From Octopus vulgaris (taxonomy: Eukaryota), in contig OX597831.1 in NCBI GenBank assembly GCA_951406725.2, positions 50,716,001 through 50,780,000 on the forward strand: a stretch of DNA of 64,000 bases, written 5' to 3'. Below are positions 38,197-51,582 of the stretch, one piece after another; the stretch's first letter is position 1, and every line of letters starts with the position of its first letter. Under the pieces are notes generated by a model that did no database searches, was not told the origin of the DNA, and saw nothing but the letters and a program-made list of their open reading frames with translations. A program made the position numbers and the translations under genes.

Positions 38197-39499
38197 ATGT
38201 ATTCTTGTATGCATATGTATGCGTGTGTACTTGTGTATGTAGGAGTGCATGCATGTGTGTATGCATGCAGCTTTGCAAGCATCAATTTAAAGAAATAAAT
38301 GAAATCTGTATTTTTGTGACATCTTAGTCCTTCCAGTGTGTTCAATAAAACGCAGATGAGAATTGTTTTTCTACATGATTCTCTATCGTGATATGAAGGC
38401 ATAGACATTCGGTTTTCTTCATTTGCATAGCTGTCTTTAATTTAAGGTTGCTTTTAATGCTAATTGTCATGTCACATGCAACAAATAAAATAGCTAAAGT
38501 CAATATTAGGAGGGAGAAGAGATAAAAGACATCAAAAATATTATCAATTCTTTTATTGCCTTTATCAAAAAATTACAAAGGAAAGCCTGCTGCCCTCCGA
38601 TTACATGTGTCGTGGAAGTCCAGGATTTTTATTATAAGGTTCAAAAAGGTTGTGAAATGGAAGAATTTATAGCTTCTTATAATTGTAATTCTACATTATA
38701 ATCTTTCACTTACTGATTTCAAATCCAAATAAGGCCAACTTTATCTTTCTTTCATCTGTAAATGATTATAAAGAAGATTAATTTGAAGTCAAATTTTGCG
38801 TCGTCTTCGTTTTTATTGTCAGTGGAAAGTTTGTTTGATACGCTTTAACATCGCAAAAGATATTGTCAATAATAAATAATTCAATATATGATTCAGTACA
38901 TTATAATCATTGAAGACAAAAGTGATATTGCTTCTTTAAAGCGTTTGTAATTTTTCTCGGCATCTTGACATCTTTTATTTTCGTGCATAATGTGCCTACT
39001 GAATTCTGAAAAGTAGAAAATTATATTTCACTCTTTCTGTATATGTTATTAATAGGATTTTGTATGTGGTTAGGATTAATAATTTGACATAAGAATTCAT
39101 TTTATTGATGTATTTAGGCTATCGGGAGATTATAAATTGCTCTAGTATCAAATACTTTTGTGCTTATGTATGGTTTCTCTAAGTAATCTCTGTGTCGAGC
39201 CATTGAAAATATGTTCTATTCAATTAGGAGATGAATACAATTGGTATTAAATCATATAATGATTAACTACTGTGAAAATCTTGGTGTTAGAAATAAAACC
39301 GAAGAGAATTTAGTTAGGATTTATGTGATTAAAACCAAAGGTAGTTTTCTTCACTTTTCGATTGAATAGAAAATGGTAGTTACTCATCGACTGTGTTAGA
39401 TTGAATTTGATCAAATACTTAAACTCTATCCCTGCTACTTCGTTCTAGTCTAGGCAATCATAATTGTCGGTAATAATGTCGTGGCTGTATGTCTTTGAA

Positions 39500-40620
39500 C
39501 TCACGTTGGTCACATATTTTGCAGTCGGTTCGGTTTTTTCAGCGAAAAGGAAACACGAGTTTTAAGCAAAAAGTGGTTTATTTAATCAATGATTTAATTA
39601 CCGCTTCGTTTCAGTAACTTCCGTTATCTTGTGGGCAAATCCATTATTCCCTGATCACAAATTTCATCTTTACTGGTGAATTTTTTACTGGTGAGTTCTT
39701 CCAGGTGAATGTTTCCACCTTGAGAACTGAAGATTCGCCCATTCGTTAAATTTTTATGAGAGCGAGACAGGTGGAAATCCACAGACGCAAGATAAGGCGA
39801 ATATGGATGTTGAGGCAATACTTTCCAGGCAAGTCCCAGATGTTTCTGCCGCGTTTGCAATGTAGTATGCAGTTTGGTATTGTCGTGGTAAAAGAATTAA
39901 TGGTCCTCTTTACGAGAACAAGCTCGTAAAAGTCAACACCCTTACAATCACATTAAATAGAAAGTGTAACCTTCATGGCTTTGTAGTAGTTCTGTGCCTC
40001 CCTCTTTCCCACTGACATTTGTACTTCATATTGTTATAGACGATTCATTTTTCGCCCCATCACCATTCTCTTCACTTTTCTGCATCTAATCACAGACGGA
40101 GATCCATTTGGCGAGGTTATCCTCATTCAGTTGATGTGGAACCCAAACATAGAGCCTTCTTATGTAACCAAGTTGATGCAGATAGTTTACAACACTCGAT
40201 TTGGATATTTGGAGAATATCTGCGATCATCCTGGTCGTATACCCGGGGGATTAGTGTCGGCTATTTCCTTCTTAAAATATTTACTGGTGAATTTTTTTAC
40301 AGGTGAGTTCGTCCAGGTGAATGTTTACACCTTCTCGGGAACTGAAGATTTGTTCATCATTAAAGTTTGATGAGAGCGAGACAGATGGAAATCCAAAGAC
40401 GCAAGATCAGGCGAATATGGATGGTGCGGCAATACTTTCCAGGCAAGTCACAGAAATTTCTGCCGCGCTTGCAATGTAGTGTGCAGTTTGGCATTGTCGT
40501 GGTAAAAGACAATTCTCGCACGATTAACAAGTATTGCACGCTTCTGGTGGATCGCTGCATTTAATTTGTCCAGCTGATCACAGTACACGTCTGAATAAAT
40601 GGTCCTCTTCATAAATTTTC
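39500..40620 (-). mobile_element. Rearranged mariner relic
   Basis: WVPHQL (about 40145), YCDQLDKL..IVFYHDNA..WKVLPHHPYSPDLA (40615-40380), second WKVLPQHPYSPYLAS copy (39860-39624). Confidence 0.85.
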
Positions 40621-40804
40621 CATGTATTAGCATTTTAAGTTTCTTAGTGTCTTGTTCCTTTAACTGGTTTAAAGTCTACCTCTACCCTGCCTCTTTTTTA
40701 TAGACAGTTACTTCTATCAAATTTCCTTTTTCTTAACTATGATAATATTTATGACCATACCTAGCCATGAGCTGGCAACTTACACTTGTTCTTTATTCAA
40801 AATA

Positions 40805-41222
40805 GACGCAGTGGCAGGAGTGGCTGTGTGGTAAGTAGCTTGCCTACCAACCACTTGGTTCCGGGTTCAGTCCCACCGCGTGGCATCTTGGGCAAGTGTC
40901 TTCTGCTATAGCCCCGGGCCGACCAATGCCTTGTGAGTGGATTTGGTAGACGGAAACTGAAAGAAGCCTGTCGTATATATGTATATATTTATATTGTGTG
41001 TGCATGTGTTTGTGTGTCTGTGTTTGTCCCCCTAGCATTGCTTGACAACCGATGCTGGTGTGTTTACGTCCCCGTCATTTAGCGGTTCGGTAAAAGAGAC
41101 CAATAGAATAAGTACTGGGCTTACAAAAGAATAAGTCCCGGGGTCGATTTGCTCGACTAAAAGGCGGTGCTCCAGCATGGCCGCAGTCAAATGACTGAAA
41201 CAAGTAAAAGAGAGAGAGAGAG
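40805..41222 (+). mobile_element. SINE family A, young copy
   Basis: Full family match. Confidence 0.95.
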
Positions 41223-41224
41223 TC

Positions 41225-41575
41225 TTCTAGTCTTAGATTTAATAGATGATAAAGTGATAGATAAATTAGAAATGAATTACAACCCTTGCAACCCTATGAC
41301 CCCACTACGCTCCATGCGATTCTAAGAGATTATAGTCTATTCTTAGCCACTCTGCTACAATCGCGACACCATGAATTTCTTCCGTCTTCTTACTCTTAAA
41401 ATATTTAAGAAACATTATATCAATGTGTCCTACTAGTTAAGAAATTCTATATATTGTACAGCTTAAGCTAGCACTACATTTAAATTGATTTAATGATTGC
41501 TTTGTTCAATTAAACGGAGCCGCTTCAAACGCTCGTACCGCATTACTACTTGATATCCTGTTGCTTATTTTGTTT

Positions 41576-41580
<5 letters not shown>
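41225..41580 (+). mobile_element. Possible old PLE 3' end
   Basis: QPYDPTT remnant; AAACGCTCGTACCG..CTGTTGCTT..(TA)n resembles the 29081-29125 terminus. Confidence 0.4.
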
Positions 41581-41642
<62 letters not shown>

Positions 41643-41981
41643 CTTATATGAGTTATAGAAAGGCAGAATACATAATTATAAATACAAAAGAAAAACAGTC
41701 TGGCTTGCTTGTTTCTGATGTAATAAGAAACGTTTTCCTCTAGGGAGAAATTTTAATGTTTTACGCTTAGACAAACAAAATCATTATTGCTTTCGTATAT
41801 TTCCCTCGTTAATATCTTTTCAAAAGATAGGTACTTCTAAGTCACGTAAATTTACACAATTCTTAACGTGGTTATCTAATAACCGATTATATACATTTTA
41901 CCGATATATCAAATTACAGTAAAAACTACGGAAATTCATGTGACCAAGTGTTTTCTGTTACAATATCTATATCTATTTTAT

Positions 41982-42575
41982 GGCGGGCAGCTGGCAGAAT
42001 CGTTAGCACAGCAAGCAAAATGCTAAGCGATATTTCGTCACTCTTTTACTCTTTTACTTGTTTCAGTCATTTGACTGCGGCCATGCTGGAGCACCGCCTT
42101 TAGTCGAGCAAATCGACCCCGGGACTTATTCTTTGTAAGCCCAGTACTTACTATATCGGTCTCTTTTGCCAAACCGCTAAGTGACGGGGACCTAAACACA
42201 CCAGCATCGGTTGTCAAGCAATGCTAGGGGGACAAACACAAATACATATATATGTATATACATATATACGACAGGCTTCTTTCAGTTTCCGTCTACCAAA
42301 TCCACTCACAAGGCTTTGGTCAGCCCGAGGCTATAGCAGAAGACACTTGCCCAAGATGCCACGCGGTGGGACTGAACCCGGAACCATTTGGTTGGTAAGC
42401 AAGCTACTTACCACACAGCCACTCCTGCGCCTATTCACGTTCTGAGTTCAAATTTGACAGTGATCTACTTTGCCTTTCATCATTTTGTGATCGAAAAAAT
42501 AGATACCAGTTGAGTACTGGGATCGATGTTTCCGACTTTTCCTTCTCCGTAATTGTGGGCCAAAAGTTGAAATCA
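41982..42575 (+). mobile_element. Old SINE B interrupted by SINE A
   Basis: Head to TATTTCGTC (42039); resumes ACGTTCTGAGTTCAAAT (42437). Confidence 0.8.
42040..42431 (-). mobile_element. SINE family A, young copy
   Basis: Full family match. Confidence 0.95.
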
Positions 42576-42666
42576 ATATCTACGTCTATCTTTATGAATG
42601 AATGAATGAAAGAATGAATGAATGTATGTATGTATGTATGTATGTATGTATGTATGTATACATATG

Positions 42667-42738
<72 letters not shown>

Positions 42739-42740
<2 letters not shown>

Positions 42741-42915
42741 TGCAGGCGTAGGTGTGTGGTTAAGAATCTTGCTTCCTAGCTGTGTCATCTTGTGTTCAGT
42801 CTCACTTCCGACACCTTGGGTGAGTGACTTCTATTATAGCCCCTAATCGAAAAAGCCTTGTATTGTGAGTAGAATTCGTACACAGAAGCTGAAAGAAGAC
42901 TGTCGTTGGTGTAGA

Positions 42916-42946
<31 letters not shown>

Positions 42947-43136
42947 CTTTGTGACTGTCTTTATGCTTGTTAACCGGTGGTGCTTTGTTTATGACCCGTA
43001 CTCTAACGGTTCAGCAAAAGGGAGCAATAGAAGAAGTACATAGCTTAAAATGTAATGGTATCTATATAGTTTGACTAAACCCTTCAAAGCTTCGTCCCAG
43101 AATATTTAAAGTCCTATGGCTGAAAGAAGTCAAAAG
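42739..43136 (+). mobile_element. SINE family A, old copy
   Basis: Degenerate head, core and tail. Confidence 0.7.
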
Positions 43137-43253
43137 TATATATGCATGCGTTTATATATGTATCTACATATATATGCAAATATAAATATATGTGCGTAGT
43201 TATATAGAGTTATATGTCAGGTTATGTCGGTTATATACAGTTATATAAACGCA

Positions 43254-43304
<51 letters not shown>

Positions 43305-43485
43305 GGATGTATTGTGTGTGTGTACACACATACATACAGACATGTGCCTTGCTCTTCCACCCAAATTTACTGCTGCATCAATATCTATGTCAATATCTGT
43401 TTCGTTAACATAACTATATACATACATACATATGTATGTGTGTATATGTATCTATACATATACATATGTATGTATGTATGTATAT

Positions 43486-43527
<42 letters not shown>

Positions 43528-44337
43528 AGTTGCTCTTTTTCCTTTTGTCCTCTCTCTCCTCCTCTTTACAACTATGAAATTGCATTATTTACTTGTTTAT
43601 TTAATTCATTATTTAGTTCTATCTACATCGACCTCTCGAATACCATCAACACTGCTTTCACTCCTCGGTTTTGTTTTTCATATTCTCCCCCTCCGTCACG
43701 AAATAATACATAATCAACCATTACAAGAAATTATATTGTAATGTAACATTTGTAGGATATAATACAGCTACTGAGAATGATATATCAGCTATATTCTATT
43801 TATTTGGGTGCAAGGTAGTTGTATTTGTGGGTGATAACTTTAATTGCATTTTCGACCAACTAAAATTTGCCCTTTCATGAGCGATTAGCTGAAAACGATG
43901 CTTCCATCAGAAATGCCACAGAAAAATGGTTCTCTGTCCTATTATACTACATCGCCTCCTACCAAACCAAACGTGATCTTTTTAACAGTAGAAACAGGTG
44001 ACTTGTGACTATAAAGCCTGCAAGCTAACGCTACCATGAATGCAGCTTTGCAGAAGATTAAAAATGACTATGAACTTATTGCTCATCGTAAGCTGAATAT
44101 TACCAGGCAAGCTAAAAATAGCGGCACAAGCGTACCTTCGGCAGAATGCTTCCAGGAAGGTTATTCATAAATAAGCGGAAACAACTGGTGCACAAGAAGA
44201 GCCCCAATAGAATGCCGGAAGCACACAATACGTAAACAGTATAAAATCTCACGAAGCGTCATCCAAGCAAAAACACTAAAGAGAAGCAGAAGTTACATCT
44301 CAATTATACACATATTATACAATTATACAATTATACA

Positions 44338-44767
44338 CAGGAGTGGCTGTGTGGTAAGTAGCTTGCCTACCAACCACATGGTTCTGGGTTCAGTCCCACT
44401 GCGTGGCATCTTGGGCAAGTGTCTTCTGCTATAGCCTCGGGCCGACCAATGCCTTGTGAGTGGATTTGGCAGACGGAAACTGAAAGAAGCCTGTCGTATA
44501 TATGTATATATATGTGTATGTATATGTATATATATGTATGTATGTGTATGTATATGTTTGTTTGTCCCTCTAGCATTGCTTGACAACCGATGCTGGCGTG
44601 TTTACGTCCCCGTCACTTAGCGGTTCGGCAAAAGAGACCGATAGAATAAGTACTGGGCTTACATAGAATAAGTCCCGGGGTCGATTTTCTCGACTAAAGG
44701 TGGTGCTCCAGCATGGCCGCAGTCAAATGACTGAAACAAGTAAAAGAGAGAAAAAGAGAGTAAAGAG
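44338..44767 (+). mobile_element. SINE family A, young copy
   Basis: Full family match. Confidence 0.95.
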
Positions 44768-44769
44768 AT

Positions 44770-45700
44770 ATAAACATTGGATGGAAGATACCTTCAACGA
44801 TAATCCTGGAAATGACTATGTCTCTGAAAAATTAATTAGTTTCTGTCGGCACCATATGCAAAAATTCCTAGCAACCATTTGGCCAAGATATGAAAATAAG
44901 AGACAAATGCTATGTATAGTTCGAGTATTGAAAAGTTAATCTTTGAGATCTTGGTTATCCTAAAGCTGCATTACTGACACCACTGAAGAATTCATACATT
45001 TTCTGCAGAACATCAGAAAATAGATCTCAGCATTCCAATTAACTATCTTTAGGAAAAAAAAACGTATCAAAGAAGATGCATTCCTACCAACTTTCAAAGT
45101 GCAAGAGCAAATCTGCCATAACAAGGTAGCTCTTCAGACACTTCTGAATGAAGAGATTTGGTAAGTGTAGCTGCAGTTTGGCCATGAGTTATAGAGACAG
45201 ACGCATCTAAAACACTATTTCTCTTGGCAAAAGATCTGAATTGATTTTGAAATTTTCAAGAAAGCGTTGAAGTCTGCGCCCACCTCGGATTTTCAAATTG
45301 TCTTTGATAAATACAAGATCTTTGGAGAACATGCATGCCGTTTCAATACACCAGACAACAACGAGGTTATTGCTATCAGGAGTGGCGATTCCAATAGCAA
45401 AACAAATATCATTCTGAAATGTAAAACACGACTGTCGAAATTATGAGAAACATATCCTGATACACCGCAATATCATGTTTGTCGATAGTGCGAGAAATTA
45501 TCCCAAGAACTGGTATCAACGTTGGATCAAATCGCTGGCAGAAAGGAGGCTTCAGACGGTGCAACACGATGGACTCTCCTGTGAATGCTAGGCTGCTGTT
45601 GTTGTAACTTGACGAATAATGTATAGCAAAACTTTTGACTCTACACAACAGAGACTTTAAACAATCTATCAACATGAATGTCACTCGAGGTCAGCTATCT
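44770..45700 (+). mobile_element. Helitron RepHel N-terminal relic (may extend upstream of the SINE to about 43900)
   Basis: HFLQNIRK*ISAFQLT, FLPTFKVQEQICH and GEHACRFNTPDNNEV match Helitron motifs HFL.NIRKYNS.FQMTSFG, FMPTFK.QGQ.YH and GEH.RRFNAP..NEV. Confidence 0.78.
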
Positions 45701-45914
45701 GAGAATTTTGCGAAAAATTTATAAAATTTGGAGAGCGAAATTTTCCTTGCAACAATAATGTCAACATTCATGCAGCTTCTATTACAAATCAGTTGACTCT
45801 ATAAAGAATTAGGAATTGTAGATAGTTTATCTTTCTGTAAGATATTTTAATCCCTTGGAAGCATGAGATCTTCGGATAAAAGCGTGATTCCAAATATTAC
45901 TGCTGCATAATTTA

Positions 45915-46552
45915 GACCAGCCATGCAAAATCACTGAACTAGAAGAACTAGAGAATGTAGCCGGGTTTACAAATTAAGTAGTAAGATAACGCTTTCAGGC
46001 GGCACCGGCGAAGATATTAAAACGAGGCAAGGACCGCTTTTCACCTGTTAAAAAAAAGTATGGAGCGCAAGTGTAACTTCAATAAAGAACAAAATATGAA
46101 TTTTTAACACTAACGTAAAAGCGGTGTTATTGTATGGGGCTGAGACATGCCGAACAACAGTTAAGTCAAATAAAGCAAATACAATAATTTATCAACAGAT
46201 GCTTGCGTAGTATACTTAAAATTAGATGGCTCGAACACATAAGCAATATGGAGCTATGGCAAAGAACAAATCAAGTTTCGATTAGGGAGCAAATATTTAA
46301 GAAAAAGTGGAAGTCGATTGGTAGCACAATTAGAAAAGACACACCAAATGTAGCGAAATGTACTTTACAGTGGAATCCGGATGGATATAGAAGGAAAGGT
46401 GAACCTAAGAACTTGTGGCGTAGATCAACACAAAAGGAACTAGAGAAAGGGGGACATTAATGGCAGATTATAAGTACAGAAGCGAAAAAATTATGCGACA
46501 TTGAATTTAATTATAAGTGGCCTATACTCCGCGTTGGAAGGTTAAAGGCAGA
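45915..46552 (+). mobile_element. RTE-clade LINE 3' fragment
   Basis: SGGTGEDIKTR, IFNTNVKAVLLYGAET, CLRSILKIRW..ISNMELWQRT, LQWNPDGYRRKGEPKNLWRR. Confidence 0.88.
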
Positions 46553-46830
46553 AAAAATGAGTACTTCTAAATTTACCATGGGCGATTAATAAAACTCAAG
46601 AGAAAATAATGAGAGTTGCTGGATTGCATCTTGTGTAATGCTTTACTTTTCATGATCTTTTAATTCTACCTCTGAATTATTGTGTATCTTAGGGCCTTGA
46701 CAGGAGAGCACTCAGAACTACCAAAGCTGTGATAAGTACAGATTTAATACCATAGAACGTGGAGTTTAATGCTACTATTAATAATCTTTCTTTATCAATA
46801 GATGTATTTCTGTTCCAATATTTCTATATG

Positions 46831-47001
46831 AGGGCGAAATGCTTAGCGGGATTTCGTTTGTCTTTACGTTCTGAATTCAAATTCCACCGAGGTCGACTTT
46901 ACCTTTCATCTTTTCGGGGTCGATAATCAACTGACCCCCTCCCCAAAAATGTCGAGCCTTGTGTTTAGAATCGAGCCTTGTGTCTAGAGTAGAAAAGAAT
47001 A
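46831..47001 (+). mobile_element. SINE-B fragment
   Basis: GGGCGAAATGCTTAGC..GAGGTCGACTTT..CCTTGTGTCTAGAGTAGAAAAGAATA. Confidence 0.8.
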
Positions 47002-47745
47002 TTTCTGTGTGAGGTTTTCTGGGCATACCAGTTTACATTTTGCATTTACACTGGGCATTTAAACAGAACACACTGATATGTACATGTTAGAAGTTTGATT
47101 TTATTACATTGAGTGATTTACCTGCCAACATTGCGATTTCTATTCATCTTCAAATGAATTTAAGAATGAATGATTTACAATATAAAAGATATGTCCAAAA
47201 TAGTTTCAAGTGAAACTATTATATTCAGTTCCACTTAGCCATGTGTTTATATTTAACATGCTTCAATAAGAAATAGTTCAAACGCATACTTAAATTACAA
47301 GATACACCATTAATGTTGAGTGTGTTTCTGAAGCACAATGCATCAGACAACTAATTGTTACCAGTGCAGCGGAAAGTAATTTTTGCTTTTCGCAAAAGAT
47401 AAATGGAAAAGGAAAATCTGGCAGTGTACTATTAAACCGATTATGCCTCGTTTAAGACTGCTCGTGAATTTATAGTAATGTATTCTACTAGTAAATGATA
47501 TGCGTACATATATTTGTGTATGTGTGTGTGTGTGTATGAATGTATGTATGTATGTATGTATGTATGTATGTATGTATGTATGTATGTACGAGTATATGTA
47601 TTAGATATGTCTGTATATTCAAAATTTGAAAGAACATTTATAGATAGAGAGTGACAGACAGACACTTGCCTTCAAATTCTGGATAAGGGTGAACAACGAC
47701 ACGTATTCTATTAGTCAAAGATATATATATATATATATAGTAAAG

Positions 47746-48400
47746 ATTTGCCAACATAATGTAGCGCTCCCGTTTGGGACGAATGTTACTGTTATTTAGC
47801 TCCAGGAAACATCGTCTCCAACTGGCTTTACGACACACTATCTGTGTCCTTATACTTTTAAAAGGGAAGTTTAGCATCCCCACTCAGCACAAAGTAATAT
47901 CTATGGACTGCGGTTTCTGGCTTATTTTTCTTCCTCGACACAGAATAACTGCTCGGCTCGAGGAGAGGCTGCTAAACTCTTGTTCGAAAATATATATAAT
48001 TTCAAAGTGATATACAATCAAGTATCTAATAAATACAAACATTATTATTTCTACATCTATCAACAATAGACATTCAGTAATAGTACTCTAAAGTAAAGAT
48101 CATTTGCCAACATAATGTGGCAGTCCCAGCTGGGACGAAAGTTACTGTTATTTAGCTCCAAGAAACATCGTATCCAGCTGGCTATACGACACACTATCTG
48201 TGTACTTATACTTTCGAACAGGGGATATTATCATCCCCACTCAGCACAAAGCAATATCTGTGGGCCGCGGTTTCTGGGTTATTTTATCTTCCGCGCCACC
48301 GAATAACTGCTCAACTAGAGATGGTGCTGCTAAACCCCTGTTAGAAAATACATAGAATTTTCAAAGTGACAGTCACTGATTTAATAAATAAAAATATTAT
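47746..48400. repeat. Tandem direct repeat, period about 356 bp, roughly 1.8 diverged units
   Basis: ATTTGCCAACATAATGT..GTTACTGTTATTTAGCTCCA.GAAACATCGT..CATCCCCACTCAGCACAAAG at 47746 and 48102. Confidence 0.9.
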
Positions 48401-48451
48401 ACACACACACTTACACACACACACGCACACGCTCGCGGCACACACACACAG

Positions 48452-48485
<34 letters not shown>

Positions 48486-48486
<1 letters not shown>

Positions 48487-50478
48487 AATTTTTGGAGAAT
48501 GAGATCCAAGGCTGTGAAGATTTTAGAACATTTATAAATAGAAGGTTTACAGCTATTTCCGGGATAACTTTTATATCCCCACACCGGAGACTGTGTGAGA
48601 AAATGGTTACGCAATAGTAGAGTGAAGTGGCGGAATGAAAACAGATGTGAGATATGTAGGGATATTGCATCTGTAGATCCATTATTTATGTAGAATGATA
48701 TACATATAAGATTCCAATACCTTGTGAACAAATTCCAATAGTATTTAAAATTTGTCATTCTAAGTATAGAGTTTGTACACAGTGCTATTAAATCGAGGGT
48801 TTTATTTTAAGTGACCTGAAAGTAGGGAATGTATTTGTAAGATCAAATCGAAAATAGGAAGAGAGGTATAAAGAAAAGATAAAAATGAAAAAAAGAAAAG
48901 AAAAGATTAAAAAGAAAAAGAAAAAGAAAAAAAGAAAAAAGAAAAGCAAGGTGAGAGATAAGAGAGAGTGTACCAGTTAGTGGCCAGTCAAGATAAATTG
49001 ATAGTAGGAATGGAGATGTGAGGATGATAGAGAGAGAAAGTTAAAAAGAGTGTGAAAAGATGATAGGGTGAAGAGTAAAGGAGTATCAGATAGAAGGAAT
49101 GAGGGGTTGATAGAGAGAGAGAGGTATAATAGTGTAAAAAGTAAATGAGTGTCAGTTATGTGATGATAGAGCCTAAGCGATGGGGAAGAGAGAGGGTGTA
49201 GGGGTAGTAATATGATGGAATGAAGAATTTGGGAATATAGATAAGGTTGGTTGGACAGCTCAGTGCCTAGTATTAGGAGAAAATATATATGTGAAGATGA
49301 ATACAGATGTATATATTAAACATGTATATATATTTATACAGATATTTATACATATCAACATCTGCACATGCAACTCATATTCATATGTATATGTACATAT
49401 GTACACCCATGTATACGTGTATCTGTACGTATTATCGCCCCTGCACACGCAGGTATATATACCTTGCATACATACATACATTCACCCATACACACATGCA
49501 CACACATGCATACACACGCACACATGTATGCACGCATATCCGAATATAATTAGATTGTGATATTCGAGTATGAAAGAGGAATTAGATAGGGATTAGGAGT
49601 TAAAATGTAGATTTATAAGGTTATTGGGATTACCTAAGGAGTATTGCAGTAATATACCCGTATGGTCATTTAGGAATTTGGATTTGAAGTAGAATCTGAA
49701 TGTGTGAAAAAAGTGGTGGTTGCATGTGCTTTAATATGTGAAGTGCCTCCTTCAGCCAAGGCTAGCAGGTTGAGCGTTGACTTCGGTAGGGAAGCCCTGA
49801 ATCCAATATGGGCCACGATAGATTATAGGGTATATTTGTATTTTTGAGATGATGTATGTGGTTGGCGAATGTTGTAGATTTACTATGCTTATCGTATCTA
49901 AAAGCATCTTTTCATACTCTCATATCTTTCTCTCTCTGTCACCCTCACATCCCCATTCCTACTATCAATTTATCTTGACTGACCACTAACTGGTACACTT
50001 TCCCTCTCTTCATCGCTTTATTATCTCTTTCTCCTTGTTTTTCTTTTTTCTTTTCTTTATTCCTCTCCTCCTGTTTTCGAATTGACCTTACAAATACATT
50101 CCCTACTTTTAGGTCACTTTAAATAAAACCCTCGATTTAATAGCACTGTGTACAAACTCTATACTTGGAATGACCAATTTTAAATATTATTGGAATTTAC
50201 TCACAAGGTATTGGAATCTTATATGTATACCATTCTTCCTAAATAATGGATCTACAAATGCAATATCCCTGCATATCTCACGTCTATTTTTATTCCTCCA
50301 CTTCACTCTCTATTTCATATCTTATCTAAATTAACTATTGCTTAGCTATTTTCTCACACAGTCCCCGATGAAAGGATATAAAAAATATCCCGGAAACAGC
50401 TGTAATACCTTCTATTTATAAATGTTCTAAAATCTTCACAGCCTTGGATTTGTATCTCATTCTGAAAGAAATTTGTTT
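48486..50478 (-). mobile_element. 5'-truncated Penelope-like element with inverted pseudo-LTR
   Basis: Arms 48486-49040 and 49925-50474; internal minus frame AFRYDKHSKSTTFANHIHHLKNTNIPYNLSWPIL..LPY..TC*PWLKE (about 49915-49720). Confidence 0.85.
50361..50408 (+). ncRNA. Degenerate minimal hammerhead
   Basis: CCGATGA-AA-GGATAT(AAAAA)ATATCC-CG-GAAAC-AGCT-GTA; a more decayed mirror copy lies at 48545-48592. Confidence 0.55.
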
Positions 50479-50653
50479 TATACATACACATACTGATATA
50501 TGACCTACGTTGGACTCCTTATTCTCATAATCACCGAACCTGGTACTTAACTATAGTGTGTTCATAGCACTTACTCAGCATTACCTGACACCATTGGGTC
50601 TTATTGACACCATTACCTCTCATAACCTCTCTCTCTCCCTCTCTCCCTCTCTC

Positions 50654-50684
<31 letters not shown>

Positions 50685-50699
50685 GTATATATATATGTA

Positions 50700-50744
<45 letters not shown>

Positions 50745-51582
50745 ATGTGTGTAGTGTGTGTATGTAAGTATATATGCATGTATGTATGTTATGTATATAT
50801 ATGTGTTTATGCATGTATATCTATATTCAGAATTTGAAAGAACGTTTATAGATAGAGAGACAGATAGATGGATACATTGACAGAGAAATAAGCAGTAAGA
50901 TAATTTCAGATTATGGATTAACTATCGTTACATTACGATTTACCGTTTTAGAATACACTCATCGGATAATATTATTAATCTGTCTTCATTCTATGACTGT
51001 TGAAATAATATAGAGAAGAAAGTTCATTTCTAATAATTCTGACCTTATCTTCGACGCATCTATACTTAAGCTGATACATGCATACATAAACGTACATATG
51101 TACAGCTAAGCTTCGCAAATTTAAATGTACAATATAAGATGAGATATAAATTTTAAAATATCGTATAGAGGATTAGGATTATTATATATAAAAGTAAGAA
51201 AGAGCCAGCATTCTACTTAATAGGTTTATATCTCAGATATAAATATCCTTTATTCCATGCTAAAATTTTGATGGTTTTATGATGATAACAAAATGAAGTT
51301 AATTTTTGACATCATGTTAATTATTGCACACTGTGCAAATTTCCAGATTTGCCCCTTCCATATATCAGGCTCCATCGATTTGCATATTTATATTTCAAAT
51401 ATAAAATTTACTCTTTTCTCTTCTAACCAATGATGAAATTTCCTTTCCGTTTACCTCTATTGTTGAATTCTCGATGTTGACGCTATACTTAACTAAATTT
51501 ACGACTTCAATCTCTTTATTTCTACAGAAACACACCCTGATCTTTGTACCACCTACAGGTTCCTTTATTCTCCTGTCACCTC

